64,000 nucleotides of DNA from Clostridia bacterium. GTDB taxonomy: Bacteria; Bacillota; Clostridia; Oscillospirales; Acutalibacteraceae. Of the stretch, positions 28,166 through 38,507 are shown piece by piece. Location: assembly GCA_017630985.1 (NCBI GenBank), contig JAGBUC010000033.1, forward strand, positions 3,505 through 67,504, given 5' to 3'. Positions within the stretch are counted from its first letter, which is position 1; every line of letters begins with the position of its first letter. Below the pieces are notes generated by a model that made no database searches, was not told the DNA's origin, and was given only the letters and a program-made list of their open reading frames with translations. Position numbers and translations under genes: made by a program.

Positions 28166-29304
28166 TAGTTATCCCCCTTTTCTGCTTTGTCGGGAGTATA
28201 GGGAGATTTCACCTGAACATCTACAGACAGAACCTCATCCATTTGTATCTTGGTGGGAACACGGTCCCACTTAGCCTCGTCGTCGCGTGCGTGAGAGGGG
28301 TCGTTTTTATCCTTTATAACCTTAGCCAAAAGGTTTTTGAAATTATATTTTTCGCGGAAAGCCTTAAGGCCCGGTGCGTTGTTGTAGATAACAATAACAA
28401 TAAGGATTAATGCATATACTAAATCCTGCATAACGGCAAGCTCACCTGTAAGTACGGTTTGGAGCTTGATGTCAAGGAAGGTAATAAGGGCGGCAGCAAT
28501 AATAGAGCCGTTGATGTTACCCATACCGCCGAGCACAACCATAACGAGTATTTCAATAGAGTAGTTATAGTTGAATTTCTGACTTTGTACGGTGTAGTTT
28601 GAACTTGCAAGTAACACGCCTGCAACACCAGCAAAAAAGGCAGAAATTGCAAATACGGCAAGTTTATACTTTGTAACATTAATTCCGGTTGCTTTGGCTG
28701 CGATTTCGTTATCGCGGATTGAAGTGATGGCGCGTCCGTGCTTAGAACGAATTAAGTTTTGTGTTACTGCAAGGCAGATTAGAACAACTACGAGAGCTAT
28801 TATGAAAAGATAGTCTTTATCTATACGAACTGTCGGCATGCCAAGGGCACCGCCGAACGATTCTTCACTACTGTTCATAAACAGAGACCAAACAATTTCA
28901 CCAAAAGCAAGGGTCACGATAGCAAGATAGTCTCCACGAAGACGGAGCGCAGGAAGGCCTATAATTATTCCGCATATTGCGGCAAGAATGCCTCCAACAA
29001 CAAAGCCTAGAAGAAGGGCGGGAATTTCGCCGATTGAGGGGCTTAGGACGTATACCACCTTTCCGCCGAGATATGCGCCGACGCACATAAATCCGGCGTG
29101 ACCGAGGGACAACTCTCCAAGGAAGCCTACTACCATACTGAGAGAAACGGCAAGTGTAATTGCGATTGCGATGTTCTCAAGGATTATTTGGTAAGAGGCG
29201 GGGAGTGCTCCGACAAGAGAGAGAATACCAAGAACGATTGCGGCAACAGTGATTACTACATAGTTGATATAATGAGTAGGTTTCACGTTTTTTCTGGTTT
29301 TCAT
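28165..29304 (-). CDS. livM: branched-chain amino acid ABC transporter permease with a hydrophilic C-terminal tail
   Basis: Polytopic permease of the BPD_transp_2 type. Start and stop overlap the neighbouring genes. Confidence 0.85.
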   Translation of the reverse strand: MKTRKNVKPTHYINYVVITVAAIVLGILSLVGALPASYQIILENIAIAITLAVSLSMVVGFLGELSLGHAGFMCVGAYLGGKVVYVLSPSIGEIPALLLGFVVGGILAAICGIIIGLPALRLRGDYLAIVTLAFGEIVWSLFMNSSEESFGGALGMPTVRIDKDYLFIIALVVVLICLAVTQNLIRSKHGRAITSIRDNEIAAKATGINVTKYKLAVFAISAFFAGVAGVLLASSNYTVQSQKFNYNYSIEILVMVVLGGMGNINGSIIAAALITFLDIKLQTVLTGELAVMQDLVYALILIVIVIYNNAPGLKAFREKYNFKNLLAKVIKDKNDPSHARDDEAKWDRVPTKIQMDEVLSVDVQVKSPYTPDKAEKGDN

Positions 29305-30185
29305 TATACCTTCTCCCTCCTCTTTTTGCCTAATATTCCTGTGGGACGAACGAGGAGAACTATTATAAGTACCAAAAACTCAATTGCGATGGTATAGGCA
29401 CCCATTCCAGGAACAACCTGTGCTACCGTTTCAATCATACCAATAAAGAGTCCGCCAAGCATTGCACCGGGGATAGAGCCTATACCTCCGATAACGGCTG
29501 CTGTAAAGGCTTTGATGCCGGGCATAGCACCCAATGTGTTAGTGAGGCTTGGGGACTTCATAAGCATAAAGAAGCCGGCAAATGCGGCAAGAGCCGAGCC
29601 TATTGCAAAGGTGATGGTAATAATCATATTGACATTGATGCCCATAAGTTGAGCGGCGCCTTTGTCCTCTGAAACGGCTATCATTGCGCGGCCTGTTTTT
29701 GTATACTTAACAAACAGACTGAGAACAACCATTATAACAACCGAGCAAACCAAGGTAATTATAATGTGGGTTTGTATTTTGAGGTCGCCTATAGTGACAT
29801 ATCCGAGGCCGTCCTGTCCGCCTACATAAACCATTCGGGGAGCAGAGGTGAAGATTATCTGCGCCAAGGACTGAAGCAGATAGCTCACGCCGATTGCCGT
29901 AATAAGCACTGCGAGAGGAGAGGCTCCGCGAAGCGGTTTATACGCAACCTTTTCTACGGTTACACCAAGGAGTGTACAAACAAGCACGGCAAGAATGAGC
30001 CCCATAATAGGGTTACCCATACCCGCGAGCGTAACATATAGTGTGTAGCCGCCAACCATAATTATATCGCCGTGGGCGAAGTTAAGCATTTTTGCTATAC
30101 CATAAACCATTGTATAGCCGAGGGCTATCATAGCATAGGTTCCGCCAAGACTGAACCCGTTGATAATTGTTTCGATAATTTCCAT
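29304..30185 (-). CDS. livH: branched-chain amino acid ABC transporter permease
   Basis: 293-aa polytopic LivH-like protein. Confidence 0.9.
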   Translation of the reverse strand: MEIIETIINGFSLGGTYAMIALGYTMVYGIAKMLNFAHGDIIMVGGYTLYVTLAGMGNPIMGLILAVLVCTLLGVTVEKVAYKPLRGASPLAVLITAIGVSYLLQSLAQIIFTSAPRMVYVGGQDGLGYVTIGDLKIQTHIIITLVCSVVIMVVLSLFVKYTKTGRAMIAVSEDKGAAQLMGINVNMIITITFAIGSALAAFAGFFMLMKSPSLTNTLGAMPGIKAFTAAVIGGIGSIPGAMLGGLFIGMIETVAQVVPGMGAYTIAIEFLVLIIVLLVRPTGILGKKRREKV

Positions 30186-30210
30186 AATATTTTCCTATAT
30201 AAATTATGAC

Positions 30211-30244
30211 AATTTGCCGGAGCGGAAAACCACGCCGGCAAATT
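30211..30244 (-). other. intercistronic hairpin between livJ and livH
   Basis: A 10-bp stem, AATTTGCCGG with CCGGCAAATT, and a 14-nt loop. No clear T-run, so it is more likely a processing or stability element than a full terminator. Confidence 0.5.
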
Positions 30245-30273
30245 AATAGCTTTTGCAATTTAATTATAAAGAA

Positions 30274-31425
30274 TTATTTATCTGCTTCTTTAAGGGTGAA
30301 CTTAACAGCAGCCTTGTTTACATAGCCGTTGTCTTCCCAAGTGATGTCGTTACCGGTAACACCAGAGTAAGAGAAGTCGCCGGTGAAGTGGTCTTCAAGG
30401 AGATTATAAAGCTCTTCAGCAGTGATGGTTACAGGGATATCCTTGCCAGCCGCTTTAAGCTCTTTCATTGCATTGTAGATTGCGTATACGCAGTCATAAG
30501 CAGAAGCACCAAACTGGTTGAGAGTCTCTGCACCGAACTTGTCGGTGTATTTCTTAACGAAGTCGGCAGCTGCGCCTTCCTTAGCGTTAGAGTCGAAGTG
30601 AGAGAGCATTGAAACTTCCTGAGGAATTGTAGCAAGGTCAATCTGTCCTGCAAGACCGTCAAAGCCGTCGCAACCATAGTATGTAGCGTTGTTTTTGATT
30701 ACGCCCTTAGCCTGAGTCATAAATACAGAAGCGGGCTGATAGTAGATGGGCATAAAGATGAAATCGCAATCCTTAAGCTGAGTAATCTGAGCTGAGAAGT
30801 CGGTTTCGTTAGCAGCGGTGAAAACGGTTTCTACGGTTTCGATGTCCTTGTTTAAGTTAGCCTTAAACTGGTCGAAGATGCCCTTAGAATACGGGTCGTC
30901 AGATTTGTAGAAGATACCGATTTTGTTAAGGCCGAGGCCGTTTACAAAGTTAGCAGCAACTGCGCCCTGGTTGCCATCTGCAAAGCACATCTGGAAGCCG
31001 TTGTCGAATTCGGGGATTTTGTCGCCAGAAGCGGAAGGGGTAAGGAAGAATACCTTATCGTCATTGGAAAGCTTTGTGAATTCAAGACCGGGAGCGGTGG
31101 TTACAGTTCCGAGAGATACCTGCATTCCGCCCTCCATAAGAGTGGTGAAGTTTGCGGCAACTTTGGTTGCGTCGTGCTTGTCATCAACAGCAACAAGCTT
31201 GAAGTTAACACCGTCGAGACCGCCAGCAGCATTGATTTCATCAATAGCCATCTGGGCAGAGTTCTGAACAGCTACGCCGTAAACTGCAGCAGGACCAGTA
31301 AGGGGTCCGGAAACACCGATTACATATTCGGTGTTGTCTGCGGTGTAGCTTCCGCAAGCGGCAAGGGAAAGGAGCATTGCTGCAGCGAGAACTACGGCAA
31401 ATGCCTTTTTGAACATTGATTTCAT
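30274..31425 (-). CDS. livJ: branched-chain amino acid ABC transporter substrate-binding lipoprotein
   Basis: Lipobox LSLAACGS and a type I periplasmic-binding fold of LivJ/K size. Confidence 0.85.
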   Translation of the reverse strand: MKSMFKKAFAVVLAAAMLLSLAACGSYTADNTEYVIGVSGPLTGPAAVYGVAVQNSAQMAIDEINAAGGLDGVNFKLVAVDDKHDATKVAANFTTLMEGGMQVSLGTVTTAPGLEFTKLSNDDKVFFLTPSASGDKIPEFDNGFQMCFADGNQGAVAANFVNGLGLNKIGIFYKSDDPYSKGIFDQFKANLNKDIETVETVFTAANETDFSAQITQLKDCDFIFMPIYYQPASVFMTQAKGVIKNNATYYGCDGFDGLAGQIDLATIPQEVSMLSHFDSNAKEGAAADFVKKYTDKFGAETLNQFGASAYDCVYAIYNAMKELKAAGKDIPVTITAEELYNLLEDHFTGDFSYSGVTGNDITWEDNGYVNKAAVKFTLKEADK

Positions 31426-31570
31426 AAAAAATCTCCTCTTTTCTTTAAAATAAACAATTATTTATAAACAAATTTTGTTTCTATTATTTTAGCACACTAA
31501 AGCCAATCTGTTAATTGTCAAATCTAACGAAATTGTTTCCTGTTTTTTAAGCAATTTTATCAAAAAACGG

Positions 31571-32365
31571 TTAAACAAGCAACATTCGGTCATTTGCGGC
31601 ACCGTCAGAGCCCGATTTTGCAAAGATTTTAAGCAGGTCTTCAACCGTGAGCTTTGACTTTTCTTCGCCCTTAACATCAAGAATGATTTTACCGGCATTC
31701 ATCATAATGAGACGGTTGCCGTGGGCTATAGCATCTTTCATATTGTGGGTTATCATAAGGGTTGTGAGTTTTTCTTCCTCTACAATTTCCCTCGTTATAG
31801 CAAGTACCTTGGCGGCTGTTTTGGGGTCAAGGGCGGCGGTATGCTCATCAAGGAGAAGCAGCTTCGGATGATTCATAGAAGCCATAAGAAGCGTAATAGC
31901 CTGACGTTGTCCTCCAGAGAGAAGGCCAACCTTGGTCGAAAGACGGTCTTCAAGTCCTAAATCGAGACGTTTGAGCATAGATTTATATAACTTTCGGTCA
32001 TCTTCGTTTATAGCCCACCCAAGACCTCTTGATTTTCCGCGGCGAAGTGCGATTGCCATATTTTCTTCAATCCACATATCTGCAGCAGTTCCGGTCATAG
32101 GGTCTTGGAATACTCTGCCGATAAATTTTGCGCGTTTGTGTTCGGGAAGCTTGGTTATATCAGTGCCGTCGATGGTGATAGCGCCCTCATCGACGGGGAA
32201 GGTGCCGGCGATGGCGTTAAGCATGGTTGATTTTCCTGCTCCGTTTCCGCCGATGACTGTTACGAAATCACCGTCTTCAAGGGTTATAGAAAGGTTGTCG
32301 AGGGCGACCTTTTCGTTAACTGTGCCTGCGTTGAATATTTTAGTTATATTCTTAAGCTCTAACAT
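31571..32365 (-). CDS. ABC transporter ATP-binding protein (COG1101 type)
   Basis: GGNGAGKST Walker A, LSGGQRQA signature and LLLDEHTAALD. Confidence 0.85.
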   Translation of the reverse strand: MLELKNITKIFNAGTVNEKVALDNLSITLEDGDFVTVIGGNGAGKSTMLNAIAGTFPVDEGAITIDGTDITKLPEHKRAKFIGRVFQDPMTGTAADMWIEENMAIALRRGKSRGLGWAINEDDRKLYKSMLKRLDLGLEDRLSTKVGLLSGGQRQAITLLMASMNHPKLLLLDEHTAALDPKTAAKVLAITREIVEEEKLTTLMITHNMKDAIAHGNRLIMMNAGKIILDVKGEEKSKLTVEDLLKIFAKSGSDGAANDRMLLV

Positions 32366-33271
32366 TTATGCCGCCTCCTTTGTTCTTTTAACGGGTTTTG
32401 CAAAATAGGTTCTTTTAAGATTCGGAACGGCAAGGAAGATAGCGACAACTATTGCCGAGAGCATTTTAAGCAGGTCGGTATCGAGACCTAAGAAGATTAC
32501 CGTTTGGTAAACTATGTAATATACAATACCGCCGAGCATAACGCCGATTAGACGGATTACAAAGTTCTGGCCCATACGGGATACGATGGCTTCGCCGATG
32601 ATAACGGCGGCAAGACCGATAACGATTGCGCCTCGACCGTCCGAGATGTCGGCTTTGCCTGAGTATTGGGCGAGGAGTGAGCCGGCGAAAGCAACAATTC
32701 CGTTTGAAAGCGCAAGACCGACAACCTTGTTTTTATTCGTGTTGATGCCCTGTGCGCGTGACATTTTTTCGTTGCAGCCGGTGGCACGGATAGACATTCC
32801 GTATCGGGTGCCGAAGAACCAATAAAGCAGAGCGATAAGTACGACGACGATAAGGAATAGATATACAAGAGCTTCATATTTGCGAAGCTGAGTTAGCAAT
32901 ACATCAAAATTTCTTGCAGGTAAAGCCTGATTTGCTTTTCCCATAATTTTCAGGTTTACCGACCAGAGAATAAGTTGTGTCAGAATTCCTGAAAGGATTG
33001 CAGGAATTCCCATTACTGTGTGAAAAAGGCCTGTGACGAGACCTGCCAACATGCCTGCGATAAAAGCGACAAGCATTGCCGGCCATACATTCCAACCCGC
33101 AGCCATAAGCATAGCACAGGTTGCCATACCCGTTACCATAGAGCCGTCGACAGTCAGGTCAGCAAGGTCGAGAATTTTAAAGGTAATATAGACGCCGATT
33201 GCCATTATACCCCATATCATTCCCTGTGCGGCGGCGCCCGGCATTGCGCCTAACCAGTTTAAAAAATCCAT
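32366..33271 (-). CDS. ABC transporter permease (COG4120 type)
   Basis: Polytopic permease. ATG at 33271 follows AGGAGA; the track ORF starts 19 codons earlier. Confidence 0.85.
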   Translation of the reverse strand: MDFLNWLGAMPGAAAQGMIWGIMAIGVYITFKILDLADLTVDGSMVTGMATCAMLMAAGWNVWPAMLVAFIAGMLAGLVTGLFHTVMGIPAILSGILTQLILWSVNLKIMGKANQALPARNFDVLLTQLRKYEALVYLFLIVVVLIALLYWFFGTRYGMSIRATGCNEKMSRAQGINTNKNKVVGLALSNGIVAFAGSLLAQYSGKADISDGRGAIVIGLAAVIIGEAIVSRMGQNFVIRLIGVMLGGIVYYIVYQTVIFLGLDTDLLKMLSAIVVAIFLAVPNLKRTYFAKPVKRTKEAA

Positions 33272-33368
33272 AATATTTCTCCTATGTATTATATAGCAAA
33301 TGTGCCGCGGCACGTTTTGTGGCGGCACATTATATTTTACTATAACGGTGAGCTAAAAGCAACCGAAA

Positions 33369-34325
33369 TTATTTAAGCTCTTCAAATCCCTCAGGGATGG
33401 TGATGTTAAGCTCGTCGCAAAGGGCTTTGTTGTATTGCTTAACGGGCTTGGTATCATATTCGATAGCCATTTCTGAAATATCTGCTTCGCCTTTAAGAAT
33501 TTTAACCGCCATTTCGCCTGTGGTGCGGCCAAGCTGTTCATAGCTGATTGAAAGGGTAGCAATTCCGCAGCCCTTGCAAATTCCTGCTTCGCCGGCGATT
33601 ATGGGAACCTTTTTGGGAGAAACAACGCCGTTTATGGTTTCGGTGCAGGAAGCGGCGGTGTTGTCGGTAGGAATATAGATAGCGTCGCATGCTGCGGCAG
33701 CGGCTTCGGCAACCTGAGCAACGTCTTCGCTTCCGTTGAAGCCGAAGTCTTTAACGGTGAGGCCTTTGCCCTCAAGATATTTCTTTACTTCTTTTACCTG
33801 ATATGCAGAGTTTGCTTCTGCTTTGCAGTAAAGCATACCAACGGTTTTAGCGGTGGGAACAAGGTCAATAACCATCTGAGCCTGCTCGGTTAGGGGAGCG
33901 AGGTCGGAGGTGCCCGAAACGTTTCCGCCAACGGTGCCAGTGAAGTTTTCGATTTCAAGAGCAACGCCGTATTCGGTTACGGAAGTGCCGAGAATCGGAA
34001 TTTCTTCGGTAGCGTTATATGCTGCCTGAAGCGCGGGGGTAGCATTTGCCATAATTAAGTCGACCTTTTTGGATACAAAGTCGTTAACAATGGTGGTACA
34101 GGTATCGGGGTTGTTTGCTGCATCCTGCTCTACGAAGGTAACATTTTCTTCGCCGAACTCGGCAATGATAGCGTCCTTAAAGCCCTTGGTTGCCGCGTCG
34201 AGCGCCGCGTGCTTTACGATTTGGCAAATACCGATTACATATTTTCCGTCATCAGCAGCGCCACAGCCTGCAAAGCAACCGAGCATTAAAAGGGTTGCAA
34301 GAATTAAAGCGATAATTTTTTTCAT
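33369..34325 (-). CDS. ABC transporter substrate-binding lipoprotein (COG2984/ABC_sub_bind type)
   Basis: Lipobox FAGCGA. Its size and its pairing with COG4120/COG1101 partners fit this uncharacterised importer family. Confidence 0.8.
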   Translation of the reverse strand: MKKIIALILATLLMLGCFAGCGAADDGKYVIGICQIVKHAALDAATKGFKDAIIAEFGEENVTFVEQDAANNPDTCTTIVNDFVSKKVDLIMANATPALQAAYNATEEIPILGTSVTEYGVALEIENFTGTVGGNVSGTSDLAPLTEQAQMVIDLVPTAKTVGMLYCKAEANSAYQVKEVKKYLEGKGLTVKDFGFNGSEDVAQVAEAAAAACDAIYIPTDNTAASCTETINGVVSPKKVPIIAGEAGICKGCGIATLSISYEQLGRTTGEMAVKILKGEADISEMAIEYDTKPVKQYNKALCDELNITIPEGFEELK

Positions 34326-34505
34326 AATAAGAACTCCTAATGCGTTATGTATTTACAGAAGATTTGTCTGTGATGAACAGTATAGCACTTTAAACCGCTA
34401 AAGTCAACCCTTTTTTCAAAAATTTTTTAATTATTTTTTAAAGGAATATTTTGCTCTTTTAATATGAAGAATTTTATGGTAATATATAAATAATGAGGTG
34501 ATAGC

Positions 34506-35591
34506 GTGGAACTTAAATTTGATATGAGTAAAACCTACGCGATAGCTCTTGAGGGCGGAGGCGCAAGGGGTGCCTATCAGGTTGGTGCCTGGCGGGCTCT
34601 TGCTGAAAATGGCGTTAAAATAGAGGCTGTTGCAGGCTCTTCTGTCGGCGCGCTTAACGGCGCGATGATGGCGATGGAGGACCTTGGAGGAGCTGAACGG
34701 CTTTGGAACGAGATGCGTTTCTCGAGGGTTATGGATGTTGATGACGATACCATGCAAAAGCTTTTTGGCGGAAAATTCCTGGAAATTGACATAAAGCACA
34801 TCAGTTCAAGCATTAAGCGTATTGTTAAGGATGGCGGATTTGACGTCACCCCTCTTCGCGAACTTATTGCAACCTCTGTTGATTATGAAAGGATAAAAAA
34901 TTCCGCTATAAAGTTATATATATGTACACACTCGGTTACCGACCGTAAGGGGTTGGAGCTTGACGCTCAGACCCTTGATGAGAATGAGCTTTGCGATATG
35001 CTTTTAGCCTCGGCTTATTTTCCTGCCTTTAAGCACGAAAAGCTTGGAGGAAAGATGTATACGGACGGCGGTGTTTCGAATGTTTTACCGCTTTCTCCCC
35101 TTGTTTCCAGAGGGTATAAAAACATTATTGCGATTCGTCTTTACGGACTAGGCGTTGAAAAAAAGATTAAAATTCCAAAGGACACGAAGGTTGTGGAGAT
35201 ATCGCCGAAAAGAGACCTTGGCTCGATGCTTAATTTTAATGCCGAATCTTGCAGAAGAAATTATAAACTTGGGTATTTTGATGGAATGAGGCTTTTATAT
35301 GACCTTTCGGGAGAAAAATATTATATTGACCGCACCCTTTCGGAAAAAGAAGCCTATGAAATATTAAAACAGGCGGTAGCTGTAAAAAAAGACCCTGAAA
35401 TAAGCCTTAGAAAACTGCACGAAGATATATTGAAACTCAGCAAGGCAAGTGGCTCTAAAGGGGATTATTATGATGTGTTTATCGCTCTTTTAGAAAAGGC
35501 GGCAGAGGATTCAAAGATAAGCGACCTATCAATTTATACTGATGCGGGGTTGCTTCAAAAAGTATTGTTAAAGAAATCAGGTATTATATGA
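34506..35591 (+). CDS. patatin-like phospholipase
   Basis: GGGARGAY oxyanion motif, GSSVGA nucleophile elbow and DGGVSN catalytic Asp. GTG start follows GAGGTGA. Confidence 0.85.
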   Translation: MELKFDMSKTYAIALEGGGARGAYQVGAWRALAENGVKIEAVAGSSVGALNGAMMAMEDLGGAERLWNEMRFSRVMDVDDDTMQKLFGGKFLEIDIKHISSSIKRIVKDGGFDVTPLRELIATSVDYERIKNSAIKLYICTHSVTDRKGLELDAQTLDENELCDMLLASAYFPAFKHEKLGGKMYTDGGVSNVLPLSPLVSRGYKNIIAIRLYGLGVEKKIKIPKDTKVVEISPKRDLGSMLNFNAESCRRNYKLGYFDGMRLLYDLSGEKYYIDRTLSEKEAYEILKQAVAVKKDPEISLRKLHEDILKLSKASGSKGDYYDVFIALLEKAAEDSKISDLSIYTDAGLLQKVLLKKSGII

Positions 35592-35779
35592 ATAAGAAAG
35601 ATAATTCGGCAGTTTGCGAGCTGTGTGTAAATTATGTATATGACCAAGAGGATGAATGTTATTCCTGTCTTGTAAATCTTGACGAGGACGAATATATTTC
35701 ATTCGTTTCAAACCCTAATTACAGCTGTCCTTATTTTCGTCTTGATGATGAATATTCTATTGTGAGAAAGCAGAACTGA
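35588..35779 (+). CDS. 63-aa acidic Cys-rich (2x CxxC) small protein
   Basis: CELC and CYSC pairs. Its ATG overlaps the patatin stop (ATGA), and its stop lies 1 nt before the next ATG. Confidence 0.65.
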   Translation: MNKKDNSAVCELCVNYVYDQEDECYSCLVNLDEDEYISFVSNPNYSCPYFRLDDEYSIVRKQN

Positions 35780-35780
35780 T

Positions 35781-37148
35781 ATGTTAGAGAAGGATATAAG
35801 AAAGGTTACAGAGGGGGCCTACCCCTTTCATATGCCCGGACATAAGAGGCAGAAAGAGTGGCTTGAGGGCCTTCTTGACTTAGATATAACCGAGATATGC
35901 GGCGCAGACAATTTGCATGCGCCAACGGGTATTATTGACGAGTCTCAAAAAGGGGCGGCAAAATTTTTTGGCGTGAAAGAAACCCTGTTTTTGACGGGAG
36001 GCTCTACGGTCGGAATTTTGTCGGCGATAGCGGCGGCTTGCGAATATGACGATAAAATTATAATTGCGAGAAACTGTCATAAATCGGTTTATAATGCCTG
36101 TATTATTAATCGGCTTAAAGTTAGTTTTGTTTATTCGCAGACCGACTGTGCTCTAGGGTGTGCAGGAGGGGTCTTTCCGCGGGATGTTTCTGAAGAAATG
36201 GACAGAAGCGGCGCAAAGATTGTGGTTATAACCTCGCCGACCTACGAGGGTATAGTTTCTGACATTGAGGCTATCGCAAAAGAGGTGCACACTCGGGACG
36301 GAATTTTAATAGTTGATGCGGCTCACGGAGCACACTTAGGCTTTAATGATTATTTTCCGAAAAGCGCGAGGAGTCTCGGCGCCGACATCGTAATTGAGAG
36401 CGCGCACAAAACCCTGCCTTGTCTTACGGGCGCGGCACTTTTGCATATTTGCACCGAGCGCGTAGACGCTTCGGCGGTTAAACGGGCGGTTGGAATTTAC
36501 CTTACAAGCTCGCCGCCTTACCCAATTATTTGTTCTATTGACCGATTTGTTCACAAAGCAAGTGAGACCGACCTGTTTTCGTCATACAAAGCAAGGCTTG
36601 AAGCTTTTTACCGCGTTTGTTCGGTGCTGACAAAGCTTAAAGTTATCAGAACTGACGACCGGTCGAAAATTGTAATTTCTACAAGGGGGACGAGCATTAA
36701 CGGGTTTGAGCTTAAGGAAATTCTTTTAAGGGATTATAAAATTGAGCTTGAGATGGCTTTGCCCGAATATGCTCTGGCAATGACCTCTGTGGCTGATAAT
36801 GATGAGGGATTAGACCGAATTGCAACGGCCCTTGCAGATATTGATGGGAAAATTTCTGCTTGTGAAAAAAAGCCTTTTTATCTTCCGCCTAAGCCGAAAA
36901 TAAGGGGTTGCTTTACAGAAAATCCGCCTATAGCGGCAGAACCAGTTCCTCTTGAAAGTTCGGCAGGCAGAATTTCGCTTGATTTTATATTCGCATATCC
37001 GCCAGGCTGTCCTATTGTTGCGCCCGGCGAGGAAATTACGCCCGAAATTCTTGAATATATTAAAGGAATTATTAATATGAATGGGCAGATTTTGTCGGAT
37101 GGGGAGTTTTTTCCAGAAGCCGTTAGGGTTTATGAAGAAAAAGATTGA
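35781..37148 (+). CDS. Orn/Lys/Arg decarboxylase family PLP-dependent enzyme (YaaO-like)
   Basis: FHMPGHK N-terminus and SAHKTL PLP-lysine motif, ~455 aa. Confidence 0.8.
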   Translation: MLEKDIRKVTEGAYPFHMPGHKRQKEWLEGLLDLDITEICGADNLHAPTGIIDESQKGAAKFFGVKETLFLTGGSTVGILSAIAAACEYDDKIIIARNCHKSVYNACIINRLKVSFVYSQTDCALGCAGGVFPRDVSEEMDRSGAKIVVITSPTYEGIVSDIEAIAKEVHTRDGILIVDAAHGAHLGFNDYFPKSARSLGADIVIESAHKTLPCLTGAALLHICTERVDASAVKRAVGIYLTSSPPYPIICSIDRFVHKASETDLFSSYKARLEAFYRVCSVLTKLKVIRTDDRSKIVISTRGTSINGFELKEILLRDYKIELEMALPEYALAMTSVADNDEGLDRIATALADIDGKISACEKKPFYLPPKPKIRGCFTENPPIAAEPVPLESSAGRISLDFIFAYPPGCPIVAPGEEITPEILEYIKGIINMNGQILSDGEFFPEAVRVYEEKD

Positions 37149-37203
37149 ACAAAAAGATGTTTTGTAGTAAAATGATGTTATGTTCATTTAGGAGGATGTA
37201 TAA

Positions 37204-38451
37204 ATGTTTGAAAATCTTATGAAAAGCATTGAATTTGTTGCGCAGTATGACCCCGATGTAGCCGATGCTATGGAAAAGGAGCACAAGCGTCAGCAAAATA
37301 ATATCGAGCTTATCGCCAGCGAAAACTTTGTTTCCCCTGCGGTTATGGCAGCAATGGGCTCTATTCTTACCAATAAATATGCCGAGGGTCTTCCCGGAAA
37401 GCGTTATTACGGCGGTTGCGTGAATGTTGATATCGTTGAGGATATTGCAAGAGACCGCGCGTGTAAGCTTTTCGGAGCCGACCACGCTAATGTTCAGCCC
37501 CACTCGGGAGCTCAGGCAAATATGGCGGCATATTCTGCCGTTATTGAGCACGGTGATACCGTTATGGGAATGAACCTTGCGCACGGCGGACACCTAACCC
37601 ACGGCTCACCAGTAAATGCTTCTGGCAAAAATTATAACTTTGTGCCCTACGGCGTCGGTGAAGATGGTTTTATTGATTATGATGAAATGAGAAAAATTGC
37701 AAAAGAGTGCAAACCTAAGCTTATTGTTGCAGGCGCATCGGCATACTGCAGAGAAATCAAGTTTGATGTTATTGCTGATATTGCAAAAGAGGTTGGCGCA
37801 TTATTTATGGTTGATATGGCGCACATTGCAGGTCTTGTTGCTGCAGGACTTCATATGAGCCCTGTGCCTTATGCCGATATCGTTACAACAACCACCCACA
37901 AGACGCTAAGAGGTCCCCGCGGCGGACTTATTCTCTGCAAAGAGGAACTTGCAAAGGCAATCGATAAGGCGGTTTTCCCAGGAAATCAGGGCGGCCCTTT
38001 AATGCATGTTATTGCTGCAAAGGCAGTTTGCTTTGGAGAGGCATTAAAGCCTGAATTCAAGGAATATCAGCAGAGAATTATAGACAACGCTAAGGCTTTG
38101 GCTGACGGACTTACAAAGCGCGGAATAAAGCTTGTGTCGGGCGGCACAGACAACCATCTTATGCTTGTTGACCTTATAGGAACCGAGGTTACAGGAAAAG
38201 AGCTTGAGCACCGTCTTGATGAGGTTAATATTACAGCTAACAAGAATGCTATCCCCGGAGACCCACAGTCTCCCTTTGTAACAAGCGGACTTCGTATCGG
38301 TACTCCTGCGGCTACAACCCGCGGACTTGGCACCGAAGATTTTGACAAGATTGCAGAGTTTATCGCACTTGCGGTAAAAGATTTTGAAGCAAATAAGGAA
38401 TATATTAAAAACGGTGTTGCAGACATCTGCAAAAAGCATCCTTTATATTAA
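37204..38451 (+). CDS. glyA: serine hydroxymethyltransferase
   Basis: [24 protein letters not shown] motif, 415 aa. Confidence 0.95.
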   Translation: MFENLMKSIEFVAQYDPDVADAMEKEHKRQQNNIELIASENFVSPAVMAAMGSILTNKYAEGLPGKRYYGGCVNVDIVEDIARDRACKLFGADHANVQPHSGAQANMAAYSAVIEHGDTVMGMNLAHGGHLTHGSPVNASGKNYNFVPYGVGEDGFIDYDEMRKIAKECKPKLIVAGASAYCREIKFDVIADIAKEVGALFMVDMAHIAGLVAAGLHMSPVPYADIVTTTTHKTLRGPRGGLILCKEELAKAIDKAVFPGNQGGPLMHVIAAKAVCFGEALKPEFKEYQQRIIDNAKALADGLTKRGIKLVSGGTDNHLMLVDLIGTEVTGKELEHRLDEVNITANKNAIPGDPQSPFVTSGLRIGTPAATTRGLGTEDFDKIAEFIALAVKDFEANKEYIKNGVADICKKHPLY

Positions 38452-38457
38452 TTAAAT

Positions 38458-38490
38458 CGGGACGGGTTTTCCCGTCCCTTAACTTTAAAT
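38458..38490 (+). terminator. terminator-like hairpin after glyA
   Basis: GGGACGGG-TTTT-CCCGTCCC followed by a T-rich tract. Confidence 0.6.
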
Positions 38491-38507
38491 TTCGGTGGTG
38501 ATTTTAA

